64,000 nucleotides of DNA, taken from the NCBI RefSeq assembly GCF_056746865.1, contig NZ_CM163382.1; one strand, given 5' to 3'. The notes under the pieces were generated by a model that did not search any database, was not told where the DNA came from, and saw nothing but the letters and a program-made list of their open reading frames with translations. The position numbers and the translations under genes were made by a program. Within the stretch, counting starts at the first letter, position 1. Every line of letters begins with the position of its first letter. Of this stretch, positions 24,040-37,410 are shown in pieces.

Positions 24040-25260
24040 CTCAAACGCACCCAACGTGATTATCCTCTATCCTTTAAAATAGCTGTTGTTGAGCAGGTTG
24101 AAAAAGGCGAGATGACTTATAAACAGGCCCAGCAGCGGTATGGCATTCAGGGGCGCTCCACCGTTCTTGTCTGGTTACGTAAATATCCTGGACTTCCTGA
24201 GCTGGTGAAGAGGAAACTGCCTGTGACTCAGACAACTATCCCGCTCACACCCGAGCAAAGAATCAGGGAACTTGAAACGTAGCTTGAGCTGGCGAACCAG
24301 AAAGCTACGTTTTTTGAGTCAGTTATCAATGTCCTGAAAAATGATTACGGGGTGAGTATCGTAAAAAGCGGCCCGGCAAGTCCTCGCGCAAAGTCCGGTC
24401 CCCAAAATAACTGTGACGCGTGCAGTCTGTTCCTGGGACACAGCAGACAGGCATGGTATCAGGACAATGCAAGGCGCAGAAAACGGCAGGAACATCATGC
24501 TCAGGTTCTTGATTTTGTTGCCCGTGTCAGATGTCGTCAGCCCCGAATCGGTGCGCGTAAGCTGCACTATCTGCTGAACACTCAGGCCGATAAAAGGCTG
24601 AATATCGGGCGAGACCGCCTGTTTAACCTGCCCGATGAATACCGACTCCTGGTGCCAGTAAAACGGTCATATCACAAAACTACCAACAGCCATCATCGCT
24701 TCTACCGACATCCAAACCTGCTTAAACCAGGCCCTGAACAGGTTACTGCTCTTGAACCAGAACAGGTCCGGGTCGCCGATATTACTTACCTTCCACTGCG
24801 CAATAGTTCGGCCTATCTGAGTCTGGTCACCGATGCCTGCTCCAGAAAAATTATGGGCTACCATGTTGGGGAAAACCTGCAGACAGAAAATGTGGTAAAA
24901 GCGTTCAGACAGGTGCTGAAGCTGAGAAAAACGACGAGTCCCCTGGTGCATCATTCTGGCAGGGGCTGCAATACTGTTCAGCGCTCTATCAGTCAGTTCA
25001 TGAAAGAAATGAAATAACCTGTTCAATGACTGATGGTTATGACTGCTACCAGCATTGGCTGAGTGAATAAATGGTACCCTGAAAAATGAGTTTTTACTCT
25101 CGCGTCCTGCAGACCTGGCTCAGGCCCGGGAAATGGTCCAAGAGTCCGTGGCAATTTATAACCATGAGCGGCCACACCTGGCTCTGAAATACAAAACGCC
25201 CTATGACGTTCATCAGGCGTTTTACAGACAGAAAAGTGTCAACTTATACCAAGACTAGTC
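24040..25260 (+). pseudogene. IS3-family transposase orfA/orfB, multiple stops and frameshifts
   Basis: OrfA-like helix-turn-helix (YPLSFKIAVVEQVEKG) with in-frame TAG; orfB 24352-25017 with DDE core; C-terminal piece to about 25260. Confidence 0.5.
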
Positions 25261-25485
25261 AATGGTAAGAAGCTGGCTCCCGTCGTACGCGAACTGGGCT
25301 ACCCTTCGAAAAGAAATCTGCGGCGTTGGATCCGTTCATAGGAATCAGGTGGCGGAGCAAAAGAATCCATTCGCCATAAGCCCCGTTACACAGATGAGCA
25401 AAAACAAGTTGCCGTTGAACATTATCTTAACCACGGCTGCTGCCTAGCGTTTACCAGTAGAACTCTGGGTTATCCCTGTACCGAT

Positions 25486-25878
25486 GTGCTCGCTCGCTGG
25501 GTTAATGAACGTTACCCCGGCAGACGACGTATATTTACCAGTAAGACCAGTCCGGTTGCGCCCTTTGAACCAGAAGTCAAACGTCAGGCTGTCATGGCAT
25601 TCTGTACACGACAAATATCAGCCAGTGAAATCTCTAGGCGTATTGGTGTCAGTCGTGCGGTATTGTATAAATGGAAAGATGAAATTATCGGCAACAGTGC
25701 TTACCAGACTATGCGTAAACATAACGAACCTTCCCTAGAGGCAGAACGCGATGCGTTGCGGGAGGAAGTCGCCCGACTGAATCAGGAAATACGCCGCCGG
25801 CAGATGGAACTGGATATTCTGAAAAAAGCGGAGAAAATCATAAAAAATCTATGGTCACCCCCGTTTTTGCTACACTGA
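25486..25878 (+). pseudogene. IS3-family OrfA-like fragment
   Basis: FEPEVKRQAVMAF...leucine-zipper...LKKAEKI typical of IS3-family OrfA; no orfB follows. Confidence 0.4.
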
Positions 25879-26122
25879 TTTTTGATTAATGGTGGGCTTG
25901 CTTAAATCTATCCGGCGTCTCTGTGGACAAGGAGACCCGCGCCTCGATGAGTTCCGCACCTGATAATCCTAAAAAGACCCTCGGCTTCAGTGAGCCATTT
26001 TTTCTGTCAGGTTTTTAATCAGGTCTATTTGCCGTTCATGTCATCAATAATCAGTCTTCGCAAAACCAGACAGGTAACTTGTATCGTAAGCGTGCAGCAA
26101 GAACCGTATTGACGGGGATGTG

Positions 26123-27661
26123 TTATTCAGTCGGCAGTGCTACGCGCCAGGGGAGCAGTTCGCCGACCCGGTTTATCGGCCAGTCGGCTATGACGTCAAG
26201 GACATAGCGGAGGTAGCTTTCTGGCTCCACTCCGTTCAGTTTGCACGTCCCGATCAGGCTGTACAGCAGCGCTCCCCGCTCTCCTCCATGATCCGAACCG
26301 AAGAACAGGTAGTTTTTGCGGCCCAGACTGACCATCCGCAACGCATTTTCAGCGATGTTATTGTCCGCCTCAGCCCAGCCATCATCTGCATAGTACGTCA
26401 GCGCCGGCCACTGGTTCAGGGCGTATGCGAACGCTTTCGCCAGTTCTGAGTGTCGCGACAGGGTTTTCATCTTTTCACGCAGCCAGCTTTCCAGGGATTT
26501 CAGCAGCGGTTTCGTTTTCAACTGACGTTCGGCAAGGCGCTGCTCCGCCGTCATTCCCCTTATCTCTGCCTCGATGGCGTACAGTTCGCCGATCCGTTTC
26601 AGCGCTTCCTCCGTCAGGGCTGACGGGGTGCGAACGTGCACATCGTGGATTTTACGGCGGGCGTGAGCCCAACAGGCGGCTTCCGTTATCCGGCCATCCC
26701 GGTACAGCTCGTTGAACCCGGCGTATGCATCCGCCTGCAGTACACCACTGAACCCCGCAAGATGGGTCTGCGGATGGATGCCTTTTCTGTCCGGGCTGTA
26801 AGCGAACCACACCGCCGGCGCCAGCGTTGACCCGGCGTTACGGTCGTCACGAACGTAGGTCCATAACCGCCCGGTCTTCGTTTTCTTATTGCCTGGCAAC
26901 AGCACCGGGACAGGCGTGTCATCAGCATGGAGCTTACCGTCAGTCAGCACATAGTCCTGAAGCGCTTCTTCCAGCGGTGACAGTAGCCGGCAGCATGCAT
27001 CCACCCAGCCCGACAGCAGTGAACGACTCAGCTCCACGCCCTGGCGGCCGTACATTTCAGACTGGCGGTACAGCGGGGTGTGCTCTGCATACTTTGAGAT
27101 CAGCACGCGGGCCAGCAGCCCCGGTCCTGCGATACCCCGCTCGATGGGCCGTGAAGGCGCGGGGGCCTGCACGATGGCATCGCACTGAGTACAGGCATGC
27201 TTTTCACGTACAGTCCGGATAACCCGGAAGGCGCTGCGCATCAGCTCCAGCTGTTCGGCGGCATCCTCACCCAGATAGCTCAGCGAGCCTCCACATTCCG
27301 GGCAGCATGACGCTGCCGGCAGCAGCCGTTTTTCATCGCGGGGGAGTGATTCGGGGAACGGTTTGCGGGTGCGGGTTTGACGCAGCGGGCGCTGCACGGC
27401 CGGGTCGTCAACCCGACCGGTAAGGGTATCACTTTCTTTCTGAAGTGCCTTCAGGTCAGCTTCCATCTGTGCGATACGACGGGAGACTTTTTCCGAGCGG
27501 CTGCCGAAGTTCATCCGGCGCAGCTTATCCAGCTGTGCCTGCAGATGGTCTATTTCGCGTTCACGCTCGTTCAGCTTTTCCTGCAGGGCACGGTTCAGCG
27601 CCTCCTGTTCGGCAAGGAGACGTTTCAGTGCATTGATATCGTCAGGAAGTGAGCTGCTCAT
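26123..27661 (-). CDS. IS66-family transposase TnpC
   Basis: 512 aa with CCPECGG zinc motif and IS66 DDE core. Confidence 0.85.
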   Translation of the reverse strand: MSSSLPDDINALKRLLAEQEALNRALQEKLNEREREIDHLQAQLDKLRRMNFGSRSEKVSRRIAQMEADLKALQKESDTLTGRVDDPAVQRPLRQTRTRKPFPESLPRDEKRLLPAASCCPECGGSLSYLGEDAAEQLELMRSAFRVIRTVREKHACTQCDAIVQAPAPSRPIERGIAGPGLLARVLISKYAEHTPLYRQSEMYGRQGVELSRSLLSGWVDACCRLLSPLEEALQDYVLTDGKLHADDTPVPVLLPGNKKTKTGRLWTYVRDDRNAGSTLAPAVWFAYSPDRKGIHPQTHLAGFSGVLQADAYAGFNELYRDGRITEAACWAHARRKIHDVHVRTPSALTEEALKRIGELYAIEAEIRGMTAEQRLAERQLKTKPLLKSLESWLREKMKTLSRHSELAKAFAYALNQWPALTYYADDGWAEADNNIAENALRMVSLGRKNYLFFGSDHGGERGALLYSLIGTCKLNGVEPESYLRYVLDVIADWPINRVGELLPWRVALPTE

Positions 27662-27709
27662 ACCGGGTATATTACCAGGCTCATTCAGCGTCGACCAGGA
27701 TAAAGAGGC

Positions 27710-28057
27710 TTACAACATAGTCAGGGACGTAAGCAGTCTTTTAGGCTGCCGCCAGTCGATACCTTCCAGCAGCATCGCCAGCTGTGCCGGTGTGAGGAAC
27801 ACTTTGCCATCCCGGGCTGACGGCCAGGCGAAGCGGCCGCGCTCCAGCCGTTTGGTCAGCAGACACAGTCCATCGCCGGTAGACCAGAGGAGCTTTACCT
27901 GACTGCCATTACGCCCACGGAAGATAAAAACGTGACCTGACATCGGATCGTCTTTCAGCGTCGTCTGCACCTTTGCCGCCAGGCCGTTGAAGCCGTTTCT
28001 CATATCGGTGATGCCAGCGACCAGCCAGATCTTTGTCCCTGATGGTAATGGGATCAA
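27710..28057 (-). CDS. IS66-family TnpB
   Basis: 115 aa MIPLPSGTKIWLVAGITDMRNGFNGL... Confidence 0.85.
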   Translation of the reverse strand: MIPLPSGTKIWLVAGITDMRNGFNGLAAKVQTTLKDDPMSGHVFIFRGRNGSQVKLLWSTGDGLCLLTKRLERGRFAWPSARDGKVFLTPAQLAMLLEGIDWRQPKRLLTSLTML

Positions 28058-28458
28058 CGTTTGAGCTCCCGTATCAGCAGGTTCAGGATATTTTCACTGA
28101 TGGCACCATTCAGACGGAGTGATCCGTGCCGGAACGTCACTTCACAGCTGATATTGAGTGATTCAGGTGTCGCAGTAGCTACAGGTTGTGACCGGGGGGA
28201 GGTTGTAGGGACAACATCTTCGGCATCAAGTGTTATCGGGAGCAGCTCAGGCACGTTGTTTTCTGTTGTTGAAGGAGGACGTAGTTTTCCTTCGCGCCAG
28301 TACTGGCGCCACTTGAACAGCAAATTATCGTTGATCCCATGCTCACGAGCGAGTTGCGCTACGGAGATCTCTGGTCGATGCGAGAGTTCAACCATTTTGA
28401 TTTTGAACTCAACGGGATAATTAGGGCTTTTTTTACGCACTGCGGTTAATGATTTCAT
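28054..28458 (-). CDS. IS66-family TnpA (orf1)
   Basis: 134 aa helix-turn-helix protein, 4-bp overlap with tnpB. Confidence 0.8.
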   Translation of the reverse strand: MKSLTAVRKKSPNYPVEFKIKMVELSHRPEISVAQLAREHGINDNLLFKWRQYWREGKLRPPSTTENNVPELLPITLDAEDVVPTTSPRSQPVATATPESLNISCEVTFRHGSLRLNGAISENILNLLIRELKR

Positions 28459-28600
28459 GGATAGCGTCCACCATATTTGGTGTCCACTATTCTCTCAGGA
28501 ATTTCAGGATCTGCCAGACGGTGCTGAGACGACGCTTACCTTGTATCTTATTTTTTAAAATAAGCTAATTGAGTTTTGTCAGTATCTATATCAGGCCTGA

Positions 28601-29580
28601 TATTCTTTGTGCAGAGCAGTGATTGCCCAGGCTATTCGGGCCAGTTTATTTGCCAGAGCGCAGGCGACAATATTTGAATGCTTATTGTCGAGTTGCTTTT
28701 GAACCCATTCAGCAACTCTGCCCTATTGATGCTCCAGCCGCATCATGAACGAGCGGGCGTACAGAACAAGTAACCGACTCGTTTGCTGATCCCCAGCAGC
28801 ATTGATTTACCACCGGTACTGTATTGTCGGGGAACAAGTCCTGTGGATGCTGCAAAATCCCTACTGCACGAAAATTGTTTACCATCACCAAGCTGGGATG
28901 ATAGCAGGCTGGCCGTCATCGGCCCAACACCGGGGATTGTCATGATTCGTTGCACAGTAGCGTCAGCTTTGATTGACTGGTTTAACTCTGATTCCAGTTC
29001 TGTTATTTGCTCAATACGATAAAGATAGTGAGCATGTAATTTCATCAGCAAGCGACTCAGATATTCAGGTATTTCGTGTTCAGCTAACGCCAGAGATAAC
29101 CATTTTATTGCGGCATCCCCTGTCGGCAGTCTGATTCCAAATTCCAGCAAGAAACCGTGGATCTGGTTGTTTTTTTTCACCTTATCTCTGATGAGCGATT
29201 CTCTGACCCGATGTAATGCCCTCATTGCCTGCTGGGTTTCTGTTCTGGGCTGGACAAAACGCATTGATGGTCGTGAAGCCGCTTTGCATATGGCTTCTGC
29301 ATCAATAAAATCATTCTTATTACCTTTGACAAACGGACGCACGAATTACGGAGAGATAAGTTTTTCTTCATGACCGATGTCGCTGATACGCCGGGCCATA
29401 AAATGCGTACCAGCGCAGGCTTCCATAACAACTACTGAGGATGGACATGTTGCCAGAAACTGCATCAGCTTCGTACGCGTAAACTTTTTACGCAAAAGCG
29501 CATTGCCAGATTTATCTTGACAATGAATATGGAAAGAATGTTTACCGAGATCGATACCAATAAGCGCAACGTTTTACATG
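28601..29580 (-). pseudogene. IS110-family transposase, disrupted
   Basis: ORF 28743-29342 (IS110 core, IPGVGP, GISKR); N-terminal piece with in-frame TAA near 29400; C-terminal ...ACALANKLARIAWAITALHKEYQA in shifted frame ending at 28601. Confidence 0.5.
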
Positions 29581-29627
29581 ATGGTGCCCTCTAAAATAAC
29601 CCACCCTGTCAGCGTACCGCTCACAGG

Positions 29628-30532
29628 GTGGGGGTGACCATCTCATTAGACCCGGGCATCAGTATCAGTCACCTAAACAACAGAGAAAAAACAAATATCG
29701 CTGATGCCCTGAGACAAACATATCCCCTGACAGAATTACTGCATGTTCTGGGGCTTGCCCGTAGCAGTTATTTTTATCACCGGGCTGCACTGAAAGCCGG
29801 TGATAAATACGCCACGATACGTACGATGCTGACAGATATAGTTAACAGTAATTACCAGTGTTATGGCTATCGTCGCCTGCATGCGATGCTCAGGCATGAG
29901 GGGGTCAGCTATCAGAAAAGGTTGTAAGCAGACTTATGGTGAAGGAACAGCTTGTCGTCAGCCGTAACCGTCGTCGCCGCTACAGCTCATATTGCGGAGA
30001 AATCGGACCGGATCCGGATAACCTTATCGCCAGAGATTTTAAGGAGGACCAACCTAATCAGAAATGGCTGACAGATATAACGGAGTTCCAGCTTCCTGCA
30101 GGAAAAGTCTGGCTGTCACAGGTGGTGGACTGCTTCGATGGAAAAGTTGTGAGCTGGTCTCTCAGTACACGCCCCGACGCAGAACTGGTTAACGCTATGC
30201 TGGATAACGCTGTCAAAACGTTAAATGCTGGCGAACGACCGATGATACACAGTGGCAGAGGTGGGCATTATCGCTGGCCAGGCTGGCTGGAAAGAGTTAA
30301 TGCCGCAGGTCTTATTCACTCAATGTCCCGTAAGGATGATGCCGCATGCGAAGGCTTTTTCGGCAGACTGAAAACGGAAATGTATTATGGGCGTAAATGG
30401 TCGGGCATCATGCCGGAAAAGTTCATGCAGCATGTGGATGCTTACATCAGAGGGTATAACGAGCGGCGTATAAAATTATCGCTGGGTGAAGACAGCCCTG
30501 AAATGTACCGCCAACAATGTAGGCTGGAATAA
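29628..30532 (+). pseudogene. IS3-family orfB with internal stop; orfA absent
   Basis: ORFs 29628-29927 and 29936-30532 form one integrase-core protein (QKWLTDITEF..., rve-like) split by a stop. Confidence 0.55.
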
Positions 30533-31079
30533 TAAAGAAGTCCAGGAAATCGTCCGCATCCCCAAAACGGCCAATAATCTTGGCGTTGACATAGCACGAC
30601 GATCTCTTGAAACTACCGCGCCGATAGTTATTCCCCAATCAAGCAACAGTCCCCTGATTTGACAAACGGTCACATTAACAATATGCTGCCTTGCCCGGTG
30701 CAAAGCGTAGATATCCTGTTGTTCCGAGCTTTTTGGAGGCATGAACAGCATTGTCGGTTACATCAGAAGCACTGCGATGGCCTGTGCATCATTACCGTCA
30801 TTTTTTGCCCACAGACAAAGGGAGTTACATACTGTGGGTTGAGGACCTTTACGTTATGCCCCAGTTTTTTAAATTCACTCTGCCAGTAAAATTCCCATGT
30901 GGATGCCCTACATCAATTAGGAAGGCCGGAATATTCGCCACTATTTGGAGTAATTCTTTTCGGCCAATACGTTTTGAATAAACCGGATTACCGACCTAAT
31001 TTAACCCGCAGAGCTGAAAGATATTTTTATCCAGATCAATACCTAGGAATACGATATTCATTGTGATTCCCCTGCTGAG

Positions 31080-31825
31080 TGAGTGCATTTCGTACAGTTA
31101 ACCGCAAAAGGAGGGGGTACTCCATTCCATGAACTGGAAGCCCAGATACGATGCATAGAGTCACCTGATATTAAAAAGAACGAGGATCTTGAGGACGAGA
31201 ACCGACGTCCAAAACAGATGCTTGCCGACCTTAGCCTAGAGAACCGGCATTGAAAGACATTATCGAAAAAAGCTTTAAAACCAGCCTGTAAGCGTGAGCT
31301 TGTTACTCATCAGATAACGACATTTGGACTCAGTGTCCATCAGGCCTGCCGGAGTCTGAACCAGAGCAGAACGGTTTCCCATTACCGTCCGGATACCACG
31401 TGGTACGACCCCGTTATTGTGGTGGTGCAGGCAGTGGACGAGCGATATCCTCGATACGGTTTTTCAAAACTTTTTCAGGTTCTGAGGCAGCAGGTTCGCG
31501 GCAAATCGCAGTTATCCGGTCATGCTGCGCATAGATAATGGTTCGGAATTTATCTCTCTAACGCTGGCTGAATGGGCTGATATACACGCAGTAAAACGGG
31601 AGTTTATCCAGCCGGGTAAGCTGACGTAGAACGCTTTTATTGGGCGTTTTAACAGGACACACCGTACAGAAATACTCGATTTTTATCTGTTCAGAACGCT
31701 GAATGAAGTTCTAGAAATTACGGAGAAATGGTTATCAGAATATAGCTATGAACGCACACATGAATCACTGAACAATAAGACGCTGGAAGAATATCGACGA
31801 CACCATTATTTGACCAAGATATAAA
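31080..31825 (+). pseudogene. IS3-family transposase remnant, heavily degenerate
   Basis: OrfA C-terminus (ENRRPKQMLADLSLEN) and orfB C-terminus (ERFNRTHRTEILD...ERTHESLNNKTLEEY) recognisable between many stops. Confidence 0.4.
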
Positions 31826-31983
31826 AATGCATGGAATTAAAACGGGGCATATTTATATATGAATAACACAACTATATCGCTAAGGTAAAGGTGTATCCAA
31901 ACGGAGAATACAGCACTAACAGCATATATTCATCCAAATTAATAAAATATGACCGAGAACATAGAATATTAAACATTTTTAAA

Positions 31984-33243
31984 TTATGCTTTTCTCGCTA
32001 ACGCGTCTATATCCGAAAAATACTCTTTAATTCCCTCTAGGATAGATTCTGCCACTTGTTGTTGGAATCTTGCCGTTTTCAGTTTGCGCTCTTCCTCAAC
32101 GTTACTGATAAACGCCGTTTCGACCAGAATGGAGGGAATATCAGGTGCTTTCAGCACGGCAAACCCGGCCTGTTCAACCTGATTTTTATGCAGCTTGTTG
32201 ATTTTACCGAGCTTATTCAGCACCGCTTTACCCAACTTCAGGCTGTCGGCAATGGTCAGCGACTGCACCATATCGAACATGGTGTGGTCGACATAGCGGT
32301 CACCGCTTTTGCTCACGCCGCCAATCAAGTCCGAGGCGTTCTGGGTTTGTGCCAGATATTTTGCCGCAGTACTTGTCGCGCCTTTGGTCGAAAGCGCAAA
32401 CACGGAAGAACCGCTCGGCTGGCGACTGGTAAAGGCATCAGCATGGATAGAAACAAAAAGGTCAGCACGTTGTTTCTGTGCTTTTGCTACACGCACTTGC
32501 AACGGAATGAAGATGTCTTCATTGCGCGTCATGTACACCTTCATATTACCCTCTTTTTCGATCAGAGAGCGCAGACGGCGAGCTATTTGCAATACCACGT
32601 CTTTTTCGCGTGTTTTGTATTTCCCCACCGCACCGGGGTCTTCGCCACCGTGGCCGGGGTCAAGCATAATGACAATCGGACGATCACGCCCTGCTTTACC
32701 CGGTTGTGGACCACTTTGTGCTGGCGGCACCTGCTTTTCGAGGTCGCCTTTGTTGTAATCCTCCAGCAGCGCCAGCAGCGGGTCCTGCATATCCTGTGCA
32801 TTGGCCGGATAGAGGTCCATCACCAGACGCTCTTTAAACCCGGCGACCGGCGCAAGGGCAAACAGCTGCGGTTTTACGTTTTGCTTTAATTCAAAAACCA
32901 TGCGTACGGTTTGCGGGTCAAATTGCCCGACGCGCGCCGACTTGATGAACGGGTCGTCTGCACGAATTTGTGCCGCCATCCCCTTGAGTACCGAGTTCAG
33001 GTTTACATCTTCGATATCCACCACCACACGTTCAGGGTTACTTAACGCGAACTGCTTATATTGCAGCTGACGATTTGATTCTACCGTCACGCGGGTGTAG
33101 CTGGACGCAGGCCAGACGCGTACCGCCACGACCTGGCTGACCGCAGCCAGGCTGACCTGACTTACGCTCAATAGCCACATGGCGCCCGCACCTTGCAGTA
33201 AACGACGACGGCTGATTACATAATTATAGTTAGATACCAGCAT
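31984..33243 (-). CDS. amiC: N-acetylmuramoyl-L-alanine amidase AmiC (Tat-exported)
   Basis: 419 aa; twin-arginine signal [13 protein letters not shown]; amidase_3 domain; near-identical to E. coli AmiC as recalled apart from the first few residues. Confidence 0.85.
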   Translation of the reverse strand: MLVSNYNYVISRRRLLQGAGAMWLLSVSQVSLAAVSQVVAVRVWPASSYTRVTVESNRQLQYKQFALSNPERVVVDIEDVNLNSVLKGMAAQIRADDPFIKSARVGQFDPQTVRMVFELKQNVKPQLFALAPVAGFKERLVMDLYPANAQDMQDPLLALLEDYNKGDLEKQVPPAQSGPQPGKAGRDRPIVIMLDPGHGGEDPGAVGKYKTREKDVVLQIARRLRSLIEKEGNMKVYMTRNEDIFIPLQVRVAKAQKQRADLFVSIHADAFTSRQPSGSSVFALSTKGATSTAAKYLAQTQNASDLIGGVSKSGDRYVDHTMFDMVQSLTIADSLKLGKAVLNKLGKINKLHKNQVEQAGFAVLKAPDIPSILVETAFISNVEEERKLKTARFQQQVAESILEGIKEYFSDIDALARKA

Positions 33244-33895
33244 ACCTTACCTAAGCAATACAATGTTCAATAATATAACTATGCTCTAATAAATTTTTAC
33301 AGGTGTTTAAAGAAATAATCACACGTATTCTTATCTTTGCAATCTAATCTAATTTTAAATAAAGGTCAATATCTTATTTTTTGATATAAGTTTTCTTAAA
33401 TACCACGATATAAAAACATTTTATTTAAGTGATTTCTTTTAGTTTGTTTTTCAAATAAAAGGGATGTACTCATGACATTTTAAATATGTACATCATGCAC
33501 AGCAATATTATAGTTTTTATCTGATTACTGAGAAGTATCTATCAATAGAACAATGTTTTTTAGTTTGTATAGGGAAGAGTTGGGTTGAATTGAGAATAAA
33601 AACTAGAGATTACTGGGGAAGGAACTTTTCAAATCCGAAATCATGGTCTACAATGAAAAAATGATGTTCTAAGTATTCCTATCATGAATAAGAATGCACC
33701 ATATTTTGAATAGTATAATTTTATATTTATATATCCTTTACTGTACGATGATGATATTTTATGCCTGAATGACAAGGGTGTTATTTTATACCACATATAA
33801 ATTTGCAGAAAATATAAAATGAGAAGCACTGAATAATCGCGGCTTCTGGCTATGATTTAAATGTTTTTACATTTTTTCAAAGTAAATTCAGTTCA

Positions 33896-34099
<204 letters not shown>

Positions 34100-34106
34100 C
34101 TAAGAG

Positions 34107-35183
34107 TCAAGCAGTTATCGGGGTGCTGTTGATCTGCCTGTTTTGATTACGCAGTAATGTATAAACTTCGTGTGAGATATAGCGCTTCAGGCTGCGTATT
34201 GTTTCCATTTTTGTATGCCCTTCCGCTACTCGTCTGGCGACATATTCCTTCGTTTTATCGTCAGTTCGCAAACGTCCGATGGAAATGATGTGAAGTGCAC
34301 TATTTGCAGCACGATCTCCACCCCGGTTAAGTCGATAACGATTCGTTTTTCCTGAAGATACGGGAACAGGGCTGACACCACACAGTGCCGCAAAACCTGA
34401 TTCTGATCTTAATCGTTGGGGATTGTCTCCGGCAGTGATCAGCAACTGTGAAGCGCTTTCGTATCCAATAGCATTACGTTTAATCAGTGCAGGTGCCAGC
34501 TCATCCACAATTGCCGCAATCATAACATCCAAATCAGCGATTTCGTCATGTAACTCGAGATAGCGTCGGGCAAGGGACTTTAATGAAATACGATAAACGT
34601 TGGTAACATTGAGCTATTCACTGGCATCAGGCCGCTAGGATCTCAGAGTCCTGATGAGCTGCATGCGCGTCATATTTCTGAGCTGTTCACGTAATTCATC
34701 CGGGGCAGAGATAATATTGGAATGGTTAATCTGGAGAGCGACTCTGCGGGCTGATATTGCTGTTTTTCGGCAAGTTTTTAATACCCGCAGAGACTCAATC
34801 ATACCATTGCGCGTTTTGGGTGTGACAGTTCTTATTCCGGAGCATGCGGCGTGAGCGGCACATTCAGCATCAATCGTGTCACTTTTACCCCGTTTGCGTC
34901 GCTCCATCCGATCTGGCACAGCCACCTCAAGAACTTCTAACCCGGCATTCTGTAAATAGCGAAGCAGACCTGATCCATAGGTGCCTGTACACTCAACACC
35001 AATTCGCTTTAATGCCCCAAACGAAACCATCCATGCCAGCATCTGCCGGTAACCTTGCCGTGTTGTGGAGAAAAACGGGGGCCCCAGAACTTTATTGTTC
35101 TGATCTACGACAGCGGCAACGTGCAGATCTTTATGTATATCCACGCCACCCACAACAGCGGTTTCCGTAACTTTACCTGCCAT
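34107..35183 (-). pseudogene. IS110-family transposase, split by a frameshift
   Basis: ORFs 34635-35183 (N-terminal GGVDIHKD, ECTGTYG) and 34107-34532 (C-terminal domain) in different frames. Confidence 0.55.
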
Positions 35184-35851
35184 AACAGAGCTCCTGTGAG
35201 GAAACAGAGTTGAATCTCCAGACAGATAACCCGGACAGGACAGTAACGAGACAAGACGTCAGGCCCTTCTTGAGTCACGCGCATCGGTGAGGAGACGCCT
35301 CGCATGAAGGCGTTTCCGACATCCTCTCTGTTCATCGGCAGATAGCCTATTTCATCCAGGATCAACACCCGGGCATAACTCAGTTGCTGTAGCTGACGCT
35401 CCAGCCGGTTTTCCTGTTTCGCTTTCATCAGTGTCGCGATCAGTCTGTCCAGTGGCATAAACAGTACCCGATGTCCCGCATCCACCGCTTTCACGCCAAG
35501 AGCTATGGCCAGATGAGTTTTTCCGACACCAGGAGGTCCCAGCAGGATCACGTTTTCGCTGCGCTCCACGAACGCCAGACCAGCCAGTTCCCGGACAACC
35601 TTACGGTAGATGCCCGGCTGGAAGGTAAAGTCGAACTGCTCCAGCGTTTTGACCCACGGCAGACGAGCCTGCTTCAGCCTGGACTCCATACCGCGCTGAT
35701 GCCTGCCGTTCCATTCCTGCTGTAGCGCCATGCACAGGAACTCCCGGTAGTTCAGCTCTTTTTTAGCTGCCTGTTCCAGCAGGCTTTCAACGTGATAACT
35801 CAGATGCTCCATTTTCAGGCGACTCAGCAGGACTTCCAGCTCATGCATCAC
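35105..35851 (-). pseudogene. istB: IS21-family IstB helper ATPase, 3'-truncated
   Basis: Walker [12 protein letters not shown] and Walker B LILDEIGYLP present; homology lost after about residue 185, where the IS110-family element begins. Confidence 0.6.
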
Positions 35852-37020
35852 AACAGCTCCTCATAGGCACTCAGTAGTCGATGTTCCACCTGACTGACCT
35901 GCTGCCAGAGCGGGGTGTGATGCTCCGGCACTGTCTGCCAGCCAGACGATGCCGAACAGAGGCGATGTGAGGCCACCAGTTTCTCATTACTGTAGATCCG
36001 CAACTCGTCATCCAGCGATATTCGTATCGATACCGGCTGACCACACAGCGCTTCGGGAACGCTGTAACGATTACCACCAACCTCGATATAGCTGTCCCAG
36101 GACACATGGCGGATGTCAAAGTAACTGGTATCGAAGTCCGTATCCGGTAACGGCTGCAGATATTCCTGCTCCAGCGCGAAGCGCTGTTCCGGCGTTTCTT
36201 TGAACTGACGAAGCTCCCGTTTGTCAGCCACATCGGCTATCCATTGCTCCAGTTGTTGATTGACATGAGTGAAGCTGTCGAACCTGCGGTACCGGACGAA
36301 GAAGTTCTCCTTGAGGTATTTCACCATCCGCTCAACCTTACCTTTTGTTCTGGCCCTGCGTGGACGGCATGCCCGTGGCAGGAAGTTATAGTGGTCAGCC
36401 AGCAACAGAAATCCGGAGTTGAACACGACTTTCCCGTTGTTATTCTTCAGCACCGCAGCCTTCTGGTTATCAACCAGCACCGTTTTCACACAACCACCGA
36501 AGTAGCGGAAGGCGCGAACCAGTGATTCGTAGGTATTCTCAGCATCCTGTTTTGGGGCAGCGAAGACATGAAAGCGGCGGGAGAACCCCAGCGCATTAAC
36601 CGCAAAGTTAACTTTGCACCGTTGCCCGGCAACTTCCACCTCAACTTCGCCCCAGTCGTGCTGGAGCTGGTATCCAGGCTGAGTTTCGAAGCGAACTGTT
36701 CTTTTTGACGGACGCATTTTACGTTTGGGCTGGATGTAGTAACGCAGCATGGAACGTCCGCCCGTATAGCCCATTGCCTTAATCTCCGCGAAGATAACCG
36801 CGCTATTCCAGACATTCTCTGCCAGGCGCATGTCGATGTAATCCATAAACGGTTTCAGCTTAACCATTTTGTGGCGGGTCCTTCTGGCTGGCGGTTCAGG
36901 GTATTTGAGGTAGCGTCTGACCGTTCGTTCAGAGCAACCAATCTGAGTCACAATATCGACAATGTACGCGCCCTGCTGGCGCATTTGCTTTATCATGTAA
37001 AAGTCCTCTCTGCTCAGCAT
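35848..37020 (-). CDS. istA: IS21-family transposase IstA
   Basis: 390 aa; N-terminal helix-turn-helix plus DDE core; 4-bp overlap with istB. Confidence 0.7.
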   Translation of the reverse strand: MLSREDFYMIKQMRQQGAYIVDIVTQIGCSERTVRRYLKYPEPPARRTRHKMVKLKPFMDYIDMRLAENVWNSAVIFAEIKAMGYTGGRSMLRYYIQPKRKMRPSKRTVRFETQPGYQLQHDWGEVEVEVAGQRCKVNFAVNALGFSRRFHVFAAPKQDAENTYESLVRAFRYFGGCVKTVLVDNQKAAVLKNNNGKVVFNSGFLLLADHYNFLPRACRPRRARTKGKVERMVKYLKENFFVRYRRFDSFTHVNQQLEQWIADVADKRELRQFKETPEQRFALEQEYLQPLPDTDFDTSYFDIRHVSWDSYIEVGGNRYSVPEALCGQPVSIRISLDDELRIYSNEKLVASHRLCSASSGWQTVPEHHTPLWQQVSQVEHRLLSAYEELL

Positions 37021-37067
37021 GTTGATGTCCTTTCTGGTGTGAGAACCTTAAGGAAACAACATGTTGG

Positions 37068-37406
37068 GTGGAGCGGACAATCCAAATGGTGAATTACCGT
37101 CTTATATCACTGGCGCTGACAGGCTTTAACGGCCTGTCCTCAAAAGTTCAGAACGTCCTGAAGGATGACCCGTTCTCCGGGCATATCTTCGTCTTCCGGG
37201 GCCGCAGTGGCAAAATGGTGAAAATACTGTGGGCCGATCGTGATGGGTTATGCCTGTTCGCCAAACGCCTGGAACGGGGCCGCTTCATCTGGCCGGTGAC
37301 CCGGGAAGGGAAAGTGCACCTGACGCCAGCTCAGTTATCCATGCTACTGGAGGGGATCGCGTGGCAACATCCCAAACGGACAGAACGGCCTGGCATCCGG
37401 ATATAA
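37068..37406 (+). pseudogene. IS66-family TnpB, 5'-truncated
   Basis: Matches IS66 TnpB from GFNGL onward; N-terminus replaced at the junction with the IS21-family element. Confidence 0.55.
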
Positions 37407-37410
37407 CCCG

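Larger units (their letters stand above)
26086..28539 (-). mobile_element. IS66-family element, complete, with 8-bp target-site duplication
   Basis: Terminal repeats gtaagcg.../...cgcttac; direct repeat cttgtatc at 26078-26085 and 28540-28547; three intact ORFs. Confidence 0.85.

Noticed and set aside
32056-32889. 277-aa plus-strand ORF overlapping amiC
   Set aside because: Lies wholly antisense to amiC, which has a clear Tat signal and amidase domain; no motif of its own.
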